Origin: a virus
Length of the DNA stretch: 64,000 bases
Direction: 5' to 3' (one strand)
IMG/VR virus record: IMGVR_UViG_3300042308_001049
Location: 1-64,000 of that record
Of this stretch, positions 54,928-64,000 are shown piece by piece (positions within the stretch are counted from its first letter, which is position 1; each line of letters opens with the position of its first letter). A model generated the notes under the pieces. That model was given only the letters and a program-made list of their open reading frames with translations. It did no database searches and was not told where the DNA came from. A program made the translations under genes and the position numbers.

Positions 54928-56031
54928 ATGGCTGTATATAAAATTTTCCCAGAAAAAGACGCTACTATATATTCGTTGTTCCCAACAATGAATACTGGTA
55001 TTGATGAAATCTTAGATATTTCAAATTTAAATTTTTCAATTAGTAGTAACGCTCAAGTAGCTAGATATTTAATTAAATTTAATCAAGAACAACTTAATAA
55101 TGCTGTTAATAATTTAGCAGATGGGGCTCAATGGGATGCTGATTTAAGATGTTTCATAGCTACTGCTCAAGGTATCAATATAGACTCTTATTTAGAAGTT
55201 TACCCAGTCTCTGGATCTTGGGGTATGGGTACTGGGAAATATTTGGACCAACCTATAGTAACTAATGGTACAAGCTGGCAGTGGAGAACTTTTGAAGGTG
55301 GGATAGCATGGGCTACATCATCTGCAAATCCCAATGTTACAGCTTCATACTCTGGGTCTAATTATGGAGGAGGTAACTGGTATGGCACCCCATCAGCAAA
55401 TCAAGAATTTACTTATAATTCAGATAAAGACTTAAAAGTATCTGTCACTGATTTTATTGACACTTGGTATAGTGGTACTATATCTAATGATGGATTTATA
55501 GTAAAGTGGGAAGATATTATAGAATTTAATCAAAATTTAAATGTACAACCTGTCCTACAGTACTACTCAATGGACACTCATACAATCTATCCTCCATGTA
55601 TAGATTTTAAATGGAATGATTTTACTTATAATACTTCATCTAATATACCATTATTAACAACCCCTCAAGCTTATCTTTCTATAGCAAATAATAATGGATT
55701 TTTCTATAGCCAAAGTGTTCAAGAATTTAGAGTAGATTGTCGTCCTCAATATCCACCTATTGTTTTTCAAACAGCCTCTATCTATACTCAAAACTATTAC
55801 TTACCTACAGCCTCATATTGGGCTATTAAGGATTTAGATACAAATGAGTATGTTATAGATTTTGATTCAACTTATACTAAATTAAGTGCTGATACTACTT
55901 CTAGTCTTTTCACAGTGTATATGAATGGTCTACAACCTGAGAGATATTATACAATCCTAATTCAAACTACTATTGGAGGAACAACTCAGGTGATAGATAG
56001 TAATTATAACTTTAAGGTTATTAATGGATAA
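54928..56031 (+). CDS. Structural protein
   Basis: KDATIYS..P..NTG.DEIL, R.LIKF; baseplate context. Confidence 0.7.
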   Translation: MAVYKIFPEKDATIYSLFPTMNTGIDEILDISNLNFSISSNAQVARYLIKFNQEQLNNAVNNLADGAQWDADLRCFIATAQGINIDSYLEVYPVSGSWGMGTGKYLDQPIVTNGTSWQWRTFEGGIAWATSSANPNVTASYSGSNYGGGNWYGTPSANQEFTYNSDKDLKVSVTDFIDTWYSGTISNDGFIVKWEDIIEFNQNLNVQPVLQYYSMDTHTIYPPCIDFKWNDFTYNTSSNIPLLTTPQAYLSIANNNGFFYSQSVQEFRVDCRPQYPPIVFQTASIYTQNYYLPTASYWAIKDLDTNEYVIDFDSTYTKLSADTTSSLFTVYMNGLQPERYYTILIQTTIGGTTQVIDSNYNFKVING

Positions 56032-56387
56032 TGGCTCAACAGGTAACTTTAACTAAACAAGTCTATGATAAGAATCAATACCAAAAGGTAATTGATACTT
56101 CATTTACCCAACTTGTTCAACCTACTACAACTACTACTGATTCTGCTTTACCTTCAGTAGACCAATTCTTTGATTATTATAATCAATTATTTTTTGATAT
56201 ACCTAAATTTGGAGAAATAAATTCTCATGAGTATCTTATCAAGACTAGCCAAGAATACATTGGTACTTCAAATATAGTAAATGATGAAATTCAAGCGCTA
56301 ATTAATGAAATAACAGAGTTAAGACAAGAAAATTTAGAATTACAACAACAATTGTTTACCACAGTCCAAAATACAAGTAATGGCTAA
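56031..56387 (+). CDS. Hypothetical structural protein
   Basis: 118 aa with C-terminal coiled coil. Confidence 0.75.
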   Translation: MAQQVTLTKQVYDKNQYQKVIDTSFTQLVQPTTTTTDSALPSVDQFFDYYNQLFFDIPKFGEINSHEYLIKTSQEYIGTSNIVNDEIQALINEITELRQENLELQQQLFTTVQNTSNG

Positions 56388-59300
56388 TACAGTAACTATA
56401 AATAATATTCCAAGTAACTTTTTTGAATTGCAGGACTACTCAATTCAAGATGATAATCTTATAACTAATAGTACTGTACAATCTACTTTTGATCCTTTAC
56501 AAAATTATGTTTCATATTTTATTTATAATTTAAATAATGAAATAATTTACTCTAATGAAGCTGGGTTTAGTGGATGGAGTTTTATAAATGGTCAGGTTTA
56601 TCTTGATCCTCAAAGAGATCTTGAGCGAGTAGGATTTACTATAGGTGAGTATAATACTTTATATACATTCCTCAATAATGAGGCTTCTAGTTCTATCTTT
56701 AACCAATACTACATTGAGACTATCTCCCCAGATAGAACTGAAATTAGGCTTAATACTACTCAGATTCTTAATGCTAATGTAATAAATGGGGTTAATGCTT
56801 TAGCTACTAAAATCCAAAATAGCCCACTTACATATTTTGACTTTTACCTTAACTTTGGAGAAAATCAATTAGTAATTGCTAACAATATTCTGTTAGATAC
56901 TACCAACCCAAATGACCCAACTGTTCTAATTAAGTTATATGAACCTCTTCCTATAAACTTTACTTTAAAGGATGAATGTTGGATTGTCACTCAAGTAGCT
57001 CAACCTATTGCTTATAACATTAATATTGTTGAGATATTTGAACCACTAAGTGATTTAACTTATTTAAAAGGTCCTAACTTAAACCTTAATGTTAAAGACC
57101 AGATAAATAACTCCACAGCGTATACTAATTATGATACTTTATCATCTTCAACTTATGCTGCAGGCCCTAACAATCTACAATATCAAGTTAACAGTATTTT
57201 AGCTGAACGTGGGGTTGAAATTAATATTGATTACTCTGATTATAGTAATTTTATATATTTTTCTTCAGCGTTAACTCGTTTAGAAAATTTCTATTATAAA
57301 CTCCAATTAATTGAAGAATACAGTTACAGTGCTAGTTTATCTAACTTAGCGGGTTCTAGTGCTCAGGTTGTTACTAGTAAAAATATTTGGGAGGAAAAAA
57401 TTAATGAAATTATAACTACATTTGATGGTTATGATTATTATCTTTACTATTCTTCAGGTTCAACAGCATGGCCTAAAACCAATTCAGTTTACCCCTACAA
57501 CAATGCTACTACTGACTCGGTTGCAGGATTAACGTTTATACAAAGTCAATCTTTAGTAGCGGCCGATTACGACGAAAATAATAACAATGCGTTAATCAAC
57601 GCTATCCCAGCGTATTTAAGGGAAGATGAAGCGAATGCTCAATACGAATTGTTTATTGAGATGTTAGGTGAAATGTTTGATAACATTTGGATCTATTATC
57701 AAGATGTAACTGAAAAATGGAATGCTGATAACCGTTTACAATATGGTGTTTCTAAAGATATTGTAGCAGACGTCTTAAGAGATCTCGGTTTAAAAATCTA
57801 CCAAAGTAGTTTTGGTTCAGCTGATTTATATACTGCTCTATTAGGGGTTACTCCTTCAGGAAGTGATTTTCCATTCCCTTACATGACAGGTTCCTTACCT
57901 ACCCCAACAGGATTTGAGTACATTAATTCATCTATCTCTGCTTCAAATGGGGCCGTTCCTTTAGAAGACATTGAAAAAGGAACATATAAGAGATTATACC
58001 ACAACCTACCACTTCTTCTAAAGAAAAAAGGTACAACAGTTGGTATTCAAGATCTTATTACAGTTTATGGTATTCCAAGTACAATTTTAAGAGTAGCTGA
58101 ATTTGGTGGTAAAGATAAAGATGAATCAAACGATTGGGATTACTATAAGCAGAGATATAACTATAAGTTTGACACTAGAACTAATGGTTGGATCCAAACC
58201 GAATGGGCTTTAAATAGTGATTGGGGGGTAACTCCTGCTAAATCACTCGAATTTAGATTCAAAACCCCAGGATTAAATTCAGCTTTATCATTTGTTAATC
58301 AATCATTATGGAGTTTAGATGATGGCAGCCTAACTAAAATAGTATTAGAATATACAGGATCAGGATATGCTTCAGGTTCATATAGTGGATCAATAGCTAA
58401 TCCTTATAACGAATATGCTAATCTAAAACTTATTATAGGATCAGATTCAGCAAGTGTTTATTTACCATTCTTTGATGGAGATTGGTGGTCAGTTGGTGTA
58501 ACAGTAGATCATTCAAATGGTTCTGCTAATTTTACACTTTATGCAGCTAATAACATTTACAATGGTAATGATGGTTCTACTATAGGATTTATAGCTTCAT
58601 CTTCAGTAAACACTAGTAATTCAACTTGGAACGCTGGTACTACTTCATATTTCCCATCTGACTCTAGAAATAATATAGGTAAATATAGACCATTTACAGG
58701 ATCTTATCAAGAAATAAGATACTATACAGAAGTTATTACAGATTCTCTATTTAGAGACTATACAATGAACCCAGATTCAGTTGAGAGTACTTCAACTGAT
58801 CCTGAGTTAACTAAATTAGCATTTAGAGCTTCTTTAGGAGGTGAACTATATACTGGGTCAGTTTCAATACATCCTAAAGTAACTGGTTCTTGGGTTGCTA
58901 CTTCATCATTTGCTTCAGATAGTAACTTTACAGTTACAGGAGGTGATTATACTTCAAATACTGAAACAGTATACCTAGATCAACCAGCAGCTGGTATTAA
59001 AAATATTGTATCGAATAAGATACAAGTTGTAGATATGAACCTACCTTCAGGTAGTACTTTATCTCAATACCGCTCAATTCAACAACAACCTCCTGGTGGT
59101 AGTACTTATACTGAGAACTTAGCATATACTGAGGTAGCTTTCTCTCCACAAAACGAAATCAACGATGATATTATGGATCAACTTGGTTTCTTTAATATGG
59201 GAGACTATATAGGTGATCCAAGACAACGCTTTAATCAAGATACTTCATATCCTGATTTGGATAAGTTAAGAAATGCTTACTTTGAAAAATATATAGGTAA

Positions 59301-61866
59301 CTATGACTTAAACGACTATATCCGTCTTATCAAATTCTTTGATAATTCGTTATTTAAGATGATTAAGGACTTTACTCCTGCTAGAGCATCTTTAGCTTCA
59401 GGAGTAGTTGTTAAGCAAACTCTTTTAGAAAGAAACAAATACCCACAACCAGAGGTAGAATGGGCTAAGTATGATTATTCTGGTTCTATAAATACAGCTT
59501 TTATCTCAGGTGGTGCAGGAGGTTCAGTAAATAAATTAAACGGTTTAAACACTAACCCATATTACTTAGCTAATGGTTTATCTAATAATTACGGTTTAAC
59601 TCAAAGTTGGGTTGAAGGAGTTGTAAACACCTATGGCTTAGCTTATGTTTCTCGTTCAACCCAAGAAGAATTTTATAACGGTGAGTATAGTGGTTCAAGT
59701 TTTGTAGTTGAAAATGGTGAGTTAAATGAGGCTAACCCTTATAAACAACCTGTTACTCAACCTCTATTTTATGATGTAACTGTATACGATTCAAGAGCTA
59801 TCTCAGCGGGAACATACTTAAGCACATATTTTACCACCCCAGGCCAAATAAATATTTGGTTTGAAGAGGGACCACCTCCTAGTCCTGTTGATGATCCTAT
59901 TTTTATCCCACCCGGCCTTCAATATGGTCCAACTTATGCTAAAATAAGTTATGAGGATAAAAACTCAGTATATTCTAAGACTGAGATTCTTAATATGTCG
60001 GAATTTACTTTAATTGTTCCTAATACTTCTGTTCCTAGAACTTTTAAAGTTATAAATGCTATAGATGAAGCTGATATAAGAGCAGTTTTAACTTTACTAC
60101 CAGATGGAGGTACAGTTACAAATAATGCCTCATCTACTGATGTTTTGGTTTCAATTGAACCTTATTTACCTGAAGTATTTGTTAACTCAGATTATAATGT
60201 ATTAATTAATAATAGTGAATTAAACAGACCAAGTCAATTCATTCAACAAGTTGATTACACAACAGATCAATTAGTTCCTGTTAATTTTGCCCAGATCATT
60301 TCAGGTTCTGCTTTCCTAGCATCTATTCCTGATTCAAACTATACTATGAGAAAGCATATCTATCCAAGATATGTTGGTAGTAAAAACACAACAGATGATT
60401 TTAATATAGCATCAGTAAACACTGCTAATGATATAGAAATTAGTCAAAATGTTGATTTAGGAAACACACAACTTGGTTTACCATCTGTAGATCTAAACAG
60501 AACATATTTTGCCTACTTTAACTGGGCAGGTGGTACTGCACCAGAATGGGGTAATATCTACGAGGATAAAACTACGTATAATTTACGTTATATAATCGAT
60601 GAAAATGGAAATATTATACGCCCACTAAATGACTCGACAGGCATTAACTTAGGTATAATTAACCAGAATTTCACCGAAAATACTACAGCAGTATCAGCTT
60701 TAACTAATACTAATATATTTGGAACTAATCTTTCAATATTAAATGGATCATATAATATTTTTAAGAGTGGTAAAACAATCCAACCTATCCTTTACAGTCA
60801 AACTCAAAGCTATGATGGAAATGGAAATGTGTTAGGATATGGTTTTACTAGTTCAATCAATTTTAATATTCAGTTAGGTACAACAGGGGTCACAAATTTT
60901 GCATTTAATGCTTATAAAACTAGTGCTCAAAGTTATACCTCAACATCTGATACTCTTATAACATTCCCTAACGAATCATTTGATTATACAAGTGCGTATA
61001 ATACAGGAACTTCAATATATACTTTCACCCAAGATACTAATACAGCTGTTTCATTTATAGCTAATTTAAGAACTTCAGTATCATATGTTTATGATCCCGA
61101 AACCTCCCGACCTCAAAAAGTTAGTGTAACATTTGCTATTCAAAGATCAACTGATGGGGGTACTACATGGAATAGTTTAACAACTGGTGGAGCTACATTT
61201 AGTCAGGATTCTGGTGGAGTTAAAACTATTACTATGGTTACCCCATTCCGAAATTTTAATATAAATGATCAAATTAGAGTAGTATCCACAGGATATATTA
61301 TTAGACCTAATGACCCTGACAACCCCACAGCTACAATTAATATAAGTGCAACTAACACTTACTTTACAAATAAACAAGCACAAGGTGGATTTACAGTCCC
61401 AACAGCTTCAGTTACACCAACTCAAAATTATTGGGAGACAGGATCTGTAACTAGTACAGTTTTAACAGCATCTCTTGAATTAACAAATCTATATGGTTAC
61501 TATGCTTCTGGTATAGAAGATAGTGGATTCAGCTCTATAAACTATCCATTTACAATCCAACCATACGACGAGATAAGATTTGAAGCAATTGAACCAAACG
61601 CTTATACAATAATTTCAGCATCTCTTGATGACAAATTATATTTATATCTTGATAAGGCTATATCACCAACAGGTAGTAATGCTAATTTCTTCCTAATTAG
61701 AAGATATGTTGATGATCCTGCTTTTATTGTCCTAGATGTGGATAAACCTGCTGGTGATTCTGGTGAAGGAATTTTAAAACCAGAATATATAGCGGGTCGC
61801 GTTGAAGGTAAAATAGATCAAATATTAGAGAATCTACAAGAAAGAGGATTAATATCTCCTCAATAA
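56380..61866 (+). CDS. Large baseplate/tail structural protein (1828 aa)
   Basis: NLPLLLKKKGT..GI..LI..YG (tail-P2-I/gp7-like), LamG-like and beta-rich segments. Confidence 0.75.
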   Translation: MANTVTINNIPSNFFELQDYSIQDDNLITNSTVQSTFDPLQNYVSYFIYNLNNEIIYSNEAGFSGWSFINGQVYLDPQRDLERVGFTIGEYNTLYTFLNNEASSSIFNQYYIETISPDRTEIRLNTTQILNANVINGVNALATKIQNSPLTYFDFYLNFGENQLVIANNILLDTTNPNDPTVLIKLYEPLPINFTLKDECWIVTQVAQPIAYNINIVEIFEPLSDLTYLKGPNLNLNVKDQINNSTAYTNYDTLSSSTYAAGPNNLQYQVNSILAERGVEINIDYSDYSNFIYFSSALTRLENFYYKLQLIEEYSYSASLSNLAGSSAQVVTSKNIWEEKINEIITTFDGYDYYLYYSSGSTAWPKTNSVYPYNNATTDSVAGLTFIQSQSLVAADYDENNNNALINAIPAYLREDEANAQYELFIEMLGEMFDNIWIYYQDVTEKWNADNRLQYGVSKDIVADVLRDLGLKIYQSSFGSADLYTALLGVTPSGSDFPFPYMTGSLPTPTGFEYINSSISASNGAVPLEDIEKGTYKRLYHNLPLLLKKKGTTVGIQDLITVYGIPSTILRVAEFGGKDKDESNDWDYYKQRYNYKFDTRTNGWIQTEWALNSDWGVTPAKSLEFRFKTPGLNSALSFVNQSLWSLDDGSLTKIVLEYTGSGYASGSYSGSIANPYNEYANLKLIIGSDSASVYLPFFDGDWWSVGVTVDHSNGSANFTLYAANNIYNGNDGSTIGFIASSSVNTSNSTWNAGTTSYFPSDSRNNIGKYRPFTGSYQEIRYYTEVITDSLFRDYTMNPDSVESTSTDPELTKLAFRASLGGELYTGSVSIHPKVTGSWVATSSFASDSNFTVTGGDYTSNTETVYLDQPAAGIKNIVSNKIQVVDMNLPSGSTLSQYRSIQQQPPGGSTYTENLAYTEVAFSPQNEINDDIMDQLGFFNMGDYIGDPRQRFNQDTSYPDLDKLRNAYFEKYIGNYDLNDYIRLIKFFDNSLFKMIKDFTPARASLASGVVVKQTLLERNKYPQPEVEWAKYDYSGSINTAFISGGAGGSVNKLNGLNTNPYYLANGLSNNYGLTQSWVEGVVNTYGLAYVSRSTQEEFYNGEYSGSSFVVENGELNEANPYKQPVTQPLFYDVTVYDSRAISAGTYLSTYFTTPGQINIWFEEGPPPSPVDDPIFIPPGLQYGPTYAKISYEDKNSVYSKTEILNMSEFTLIVPNTSVPRTFKVINAIDEADIRAVLTLLPDGGTVTNNASSTDVLVSIEPYLPEVFVNSDYNVLINNSELNRPSQFIQQVDYTTDQLVPVNFAQIISGSAFLASIPDSNYTMRKHIYPRYVGSKNTTDDFNIASVNTANDIEISQNVDLGNTQLGLPSVDLNRTYFAYFNWAGGTAPEWGNIYEDKTTYNLRYIIDENGNIIRPLNDSTGINLGIINQNFTENTTAVSALTNTNIFGTNLSILNGSYNIFKSGKTIQPILYSQTQSYDGNGNVLGYGFTSSINFNIQLGTTGVTNFAFNAYKTSAQSYTSTSDTLITFPNESFDYTSAYNTGTSIYTFTQDTNTAVSFIANLRTSVSYVYDPETSRPQKVSVTFAIQRSTDGGTTWNSLTTGGATFSQDSGGVKTITMVTPFRNFNINDQIRVVSTGYIIRPNDPDNPTATINISATNTYFTNKQAQGGFTVPTASVTPTQNYWETGSVTSTVLTASLELTNLYGYYASGIEDSGFSSINYPFTIQPYDEIRFEAIEPNAYTIISASLDDKLYLYLDKAISPTGSNANFFLIRRYVDDPAFIVLDVDKPAGDSGEGILKPEYIAGRVEGKIDQILENLQERGLISPQ

Positions 61867-61869
61867 TAT

Positions 61870-64000
61870 ATGGGTGAACAAAGAATAGTAAATAAACGTC
61901 TTGACACTGATGGAGGTGCTTGGATTGATAGACGTTTGGCTTTCAATAAGGAAAACCTTTCAGTCTTAGATCAAGGTTGGAATGATTATGCTTTAACTAT
62001 TGATGAGTTTGGGGTTACTTCTTTAACTCCTTTAAGTAATCAGTTTTTTTGTATTCAATATGAGTATACTTCTAGTATTGATACTTTACTTAACCCATCA
62101 AGTAGCCACTTTTCTTTAAATAGTTTAACTTCATCATTAGTAACCACAGCTTCCTTTAACTATACTAGTTCAGCAGGATTACCTATGCTGTCATATTTTC
62201 AAATGACAGACCCAGTTTATAGTGGATCTTTAACTATTGTTAATAAAACTGATGCAAGTAAATTTGTAATTTTTGAATTTGATGGTTTTGTTAATAAAAC
62301 ATCATTTGGAGAATTTCATTTTGTTTCATCTTCAAATAATACTAGACTCTCCTCTTCAGCTTTTATAACTGATATATTTACAGATGATACTCCTGTTTGT
62401 ATAAGTTTAGATTTTTTTGGAGCTGGGGCAGGTGGGGGAGGTAGTGTAGGTCCACAAGGAGCACAGGGTGCACAGGGTGCCCAAGGTTCCCAAGGTACTC
62501 AGGGTGCCCAAGGTCTACAAGGCGCCCAAGGCGCTCAAGGACTACAAGGTGCTCAAGGAGCACAAGGCGCAAATGGTTCACAAGGTGCACAAGGAGGAAC
62601 AGGTGCCCAAGGCTCTCAAGGTCTACAAGGAGCACAAGGTGCTCAAGGAGATATAGGAGCCCAAGGTGCCCAAGGAACACAAGGTCTACAAGGAGCACAA
62701 GGCGCTCAAGGAGACACAGGTGCTCAAGGAGCACAGGGTGCAACTGGTTCACAAGGTGCAACTGGTTCACAAGGCGCACAAGGAGACACAGGAGCTCAAG
62801 GTGCACAAGGTGCTCAAGGAGATACAGGTGCCCAAGGCGCTCAAGGAGATATAGGAGCACAAGGTGCCCAAGGCGCTACAGGTGCCCAAGGAGGAACAGG
62901 AGCACAAGGTGCAACAGGCGCTCAAGGCGCACAGGGTGCTATAGGTGCCCAAGGTACTCAGGGTTTACAAGGCGCTCAAGGTGCGCAGGGAGACATAGGA
63001 GCTCAAGGTGCACAAGGTAATACAGGTGCACAAGGTGCTCAAGGCGCTCAAGGTGCGCAGGGAGACATAGGAGCTCAAGGTGCACAAGGTAATACAGGTG
63101 CACAAGGTGCTCAAGGCGTGCAAGGTGCCCAAGGAGGAACAGGTGCACAAGGTGCTCAAGGTCTACAAGGCGCTCAAGGTGCTCAAGGCGCCCAAGGAGA
63201 CATAGGAGCTCAAGGCGCCCAAGGTGCTACAGGTGCTCAAGGTTTACAAGGCGCCCAAGGCGCCCAAGGAGACACAGGAGCACAAGGTGCTCAAGGTGCT
63301 CAAGGAGATACAGGTGCTCAAGGTTTACAAGGCGCCCAAGGAGACACAGGAGCACAAGGCGCACAAGGTTTACAAGGCGCTCAAGGCGCACAAGGTTTAC
63401 AAGGCGCTCAAGGCGCCCAAGGAGACATAGGAGCTCAAGGTGCTCAAGGTTTACAAGGCGCCCAAGGCGCCCAAGGAGACATAGGAGCTCAAGGCGCCCA
63501 AGGAGACATAGGAGCTCAAGGTGCTCAAGGTTTACAAGGCGCCCAAGGCGCCCAAGGAGACATAGGAGCTCAAGGCGCCCAAGGTTTACAAGGCGCTCAA
63601 GGTGCACAAGGTTTACAAGGTGCTCAAGGTGCTCAGGGAGCACAAGGTCTACAAGGAGCACAGGGCGCCCAAGGTGCACAAGGAGGAACAGGTGCTCAAG
63701 GTGCGCAGGGAGCACAAGGTCTACAAGGAGCACAGGGCGCCCAAGGTGCACAAGGAGGAACAGGTGCCCAAGGTGCTCAGGGAGCACAAGGAGCACAAGG
63801 TTTACAAGGAGCTCAAGGCGCTCAAGGAGCCACTGGTGCTCAAGGTGCACAGGGAGCTCAAGGTGCTCAAGGAGGAACAGGAGCTCAAGGTGCTCAAGGT
63901 TTACAAGGAGCACAGGGTGCACAGGGTGCGACAGGCTCCCAAGGTGCTCAGGGTGCTCAAGGTGCTCAAGGAGGAACAGGAGCACAAGGAGCACAAGGTT
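61870..64000 (+). CDS. Collagen-like fibre protein (3' truncated by window)
   Basis: ATG 61870, ~190 aa head then G-X-Y from 62449 to window end; absent from ORF track because no stop in window. Confidence 0.92.
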   Translation, partial: MGEQRIVNKRLDTDGGAWIDRRLAFNKENLSVLDQGWNDYALTIDEFGVTSLTPLSNQFFCIQYEYTSSIDTLLNPSSSHFSLNSLTSSLVTTASFNYTSSAGLPMLSYFQMTDPVYSGSLTIVNKTDASKFVIFEFDGFVNKTSFGEFHFVSSSNNTRLSSSAFITDIFTDDTPVCISLDFFGAGAGGGGSVGPQGAQGAQGAQGSQGTQGAQGLQGAQGAQGLQGAQGAQGANGSQGAQGGTGAQGSQGLQGAQGAQGDIGAQGAQGTQGLQGAQGAQGDTGAQGAQGATGSQGATGSQGAQGDTGAQGAQGAQGDTGAQGAQGDIGAQGAQGATGAQGGTGAQGATGAQGAQGAIGAQGTQGLQGAQGAQGDIGAQGAQGNTGAQGAQGAQGAQGDIGAQGAQGNTGAQGAQGVQGAQGGTGAQGAQGLQGAQGAQGAQGDIGAQGAQGATGAQGLQGAQGAQGDTGAQGAQGAQGDTGAQGLQGAQGDTGAQGAQGLQGAQGAQGLQGAQGAQGDIGAQGAQGLQGAQGAQGDIGAQGAQGDIGAQGAQGLQGAQGAQGDIGAQGAQGLQGAQGAQGLQGAQGAQGAQGLQGAQGAQGAQGGTGAQGAQGAQGLQGAQGAQGAQGGTGAQGAQGAQGAQGLQGAQGAQGATGAQGAQGAQGAQGGTGAQGAQGLQGAQGAQGATGSQGAQGAQGAQGGTGAQGAQG
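62449..64000 (+). repeat. 9-bp-period collagen repeat (GGN GCN CAA)
   Basis: ~170 triplets dominated by GAQ, with GLQ, GDT, GDI, GGT. Confidence 0.95.

Noticed and set aside
62378-63994. Minus-strand and off-frame Leu/His- or Lys/Val-rich ORFs
   Set aside because: Shadows of the collagen repeat
1-64000. Stop-codon reassignment
   Set aside because: Known genes are full-length in the standard code, TAG and TGA both end genes, and no suppressor tRNA is seen

Overview
A 64 kb segment of a large, AT-rich, T4-like (myovirus-type) dsDNA phage, probably infecting Bacteroidota: promoters match the Bacteroidota -33/-7 spacing, leaders are A-rich without a canonical Shine-Dalgarno sequence, and a lipoprotein carries Bacteroidota-type motifs. 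Essentially all credible genes are on the + strand. Order: GroEL 3' end, clamp loader and nuclease (1-4.4 kb); a ~14 kb glycosylation island with a nonulosonic-acid pathway (4.4-18.7 kb); small genes, DksA-type Zn finger, GH73, DNA ligase, phosphoesterase and ThyX (18.7-28 kb); fibrinogen/LamG virion proteins (28-31 kb); an array of ~20 small early genes, most with their own repeated terminator/promoter/leader element, bounded by unusual non-coding blocks (31.2-39.5 kb); AAA-vWA-NTase genes (40-44.5 kb); 13 canonical tRNAs, 2 atypical tRNA-like genes and 3 candidate structured ncRNAs (44.8-47.4 kb); HD protein, gp55-like sigma, baseplate genes and the start of a long collagen-like protein (48-64 kb). 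The best leads are a hairpin whose loop is complementary to the leader shared by the early cassettes, an ORF-less divergent promoter, a D-armless UAU tRNA-like gene and a ~295-nt tRNA-flanked RNA. All calls were made by eye, without database searches or folding software.
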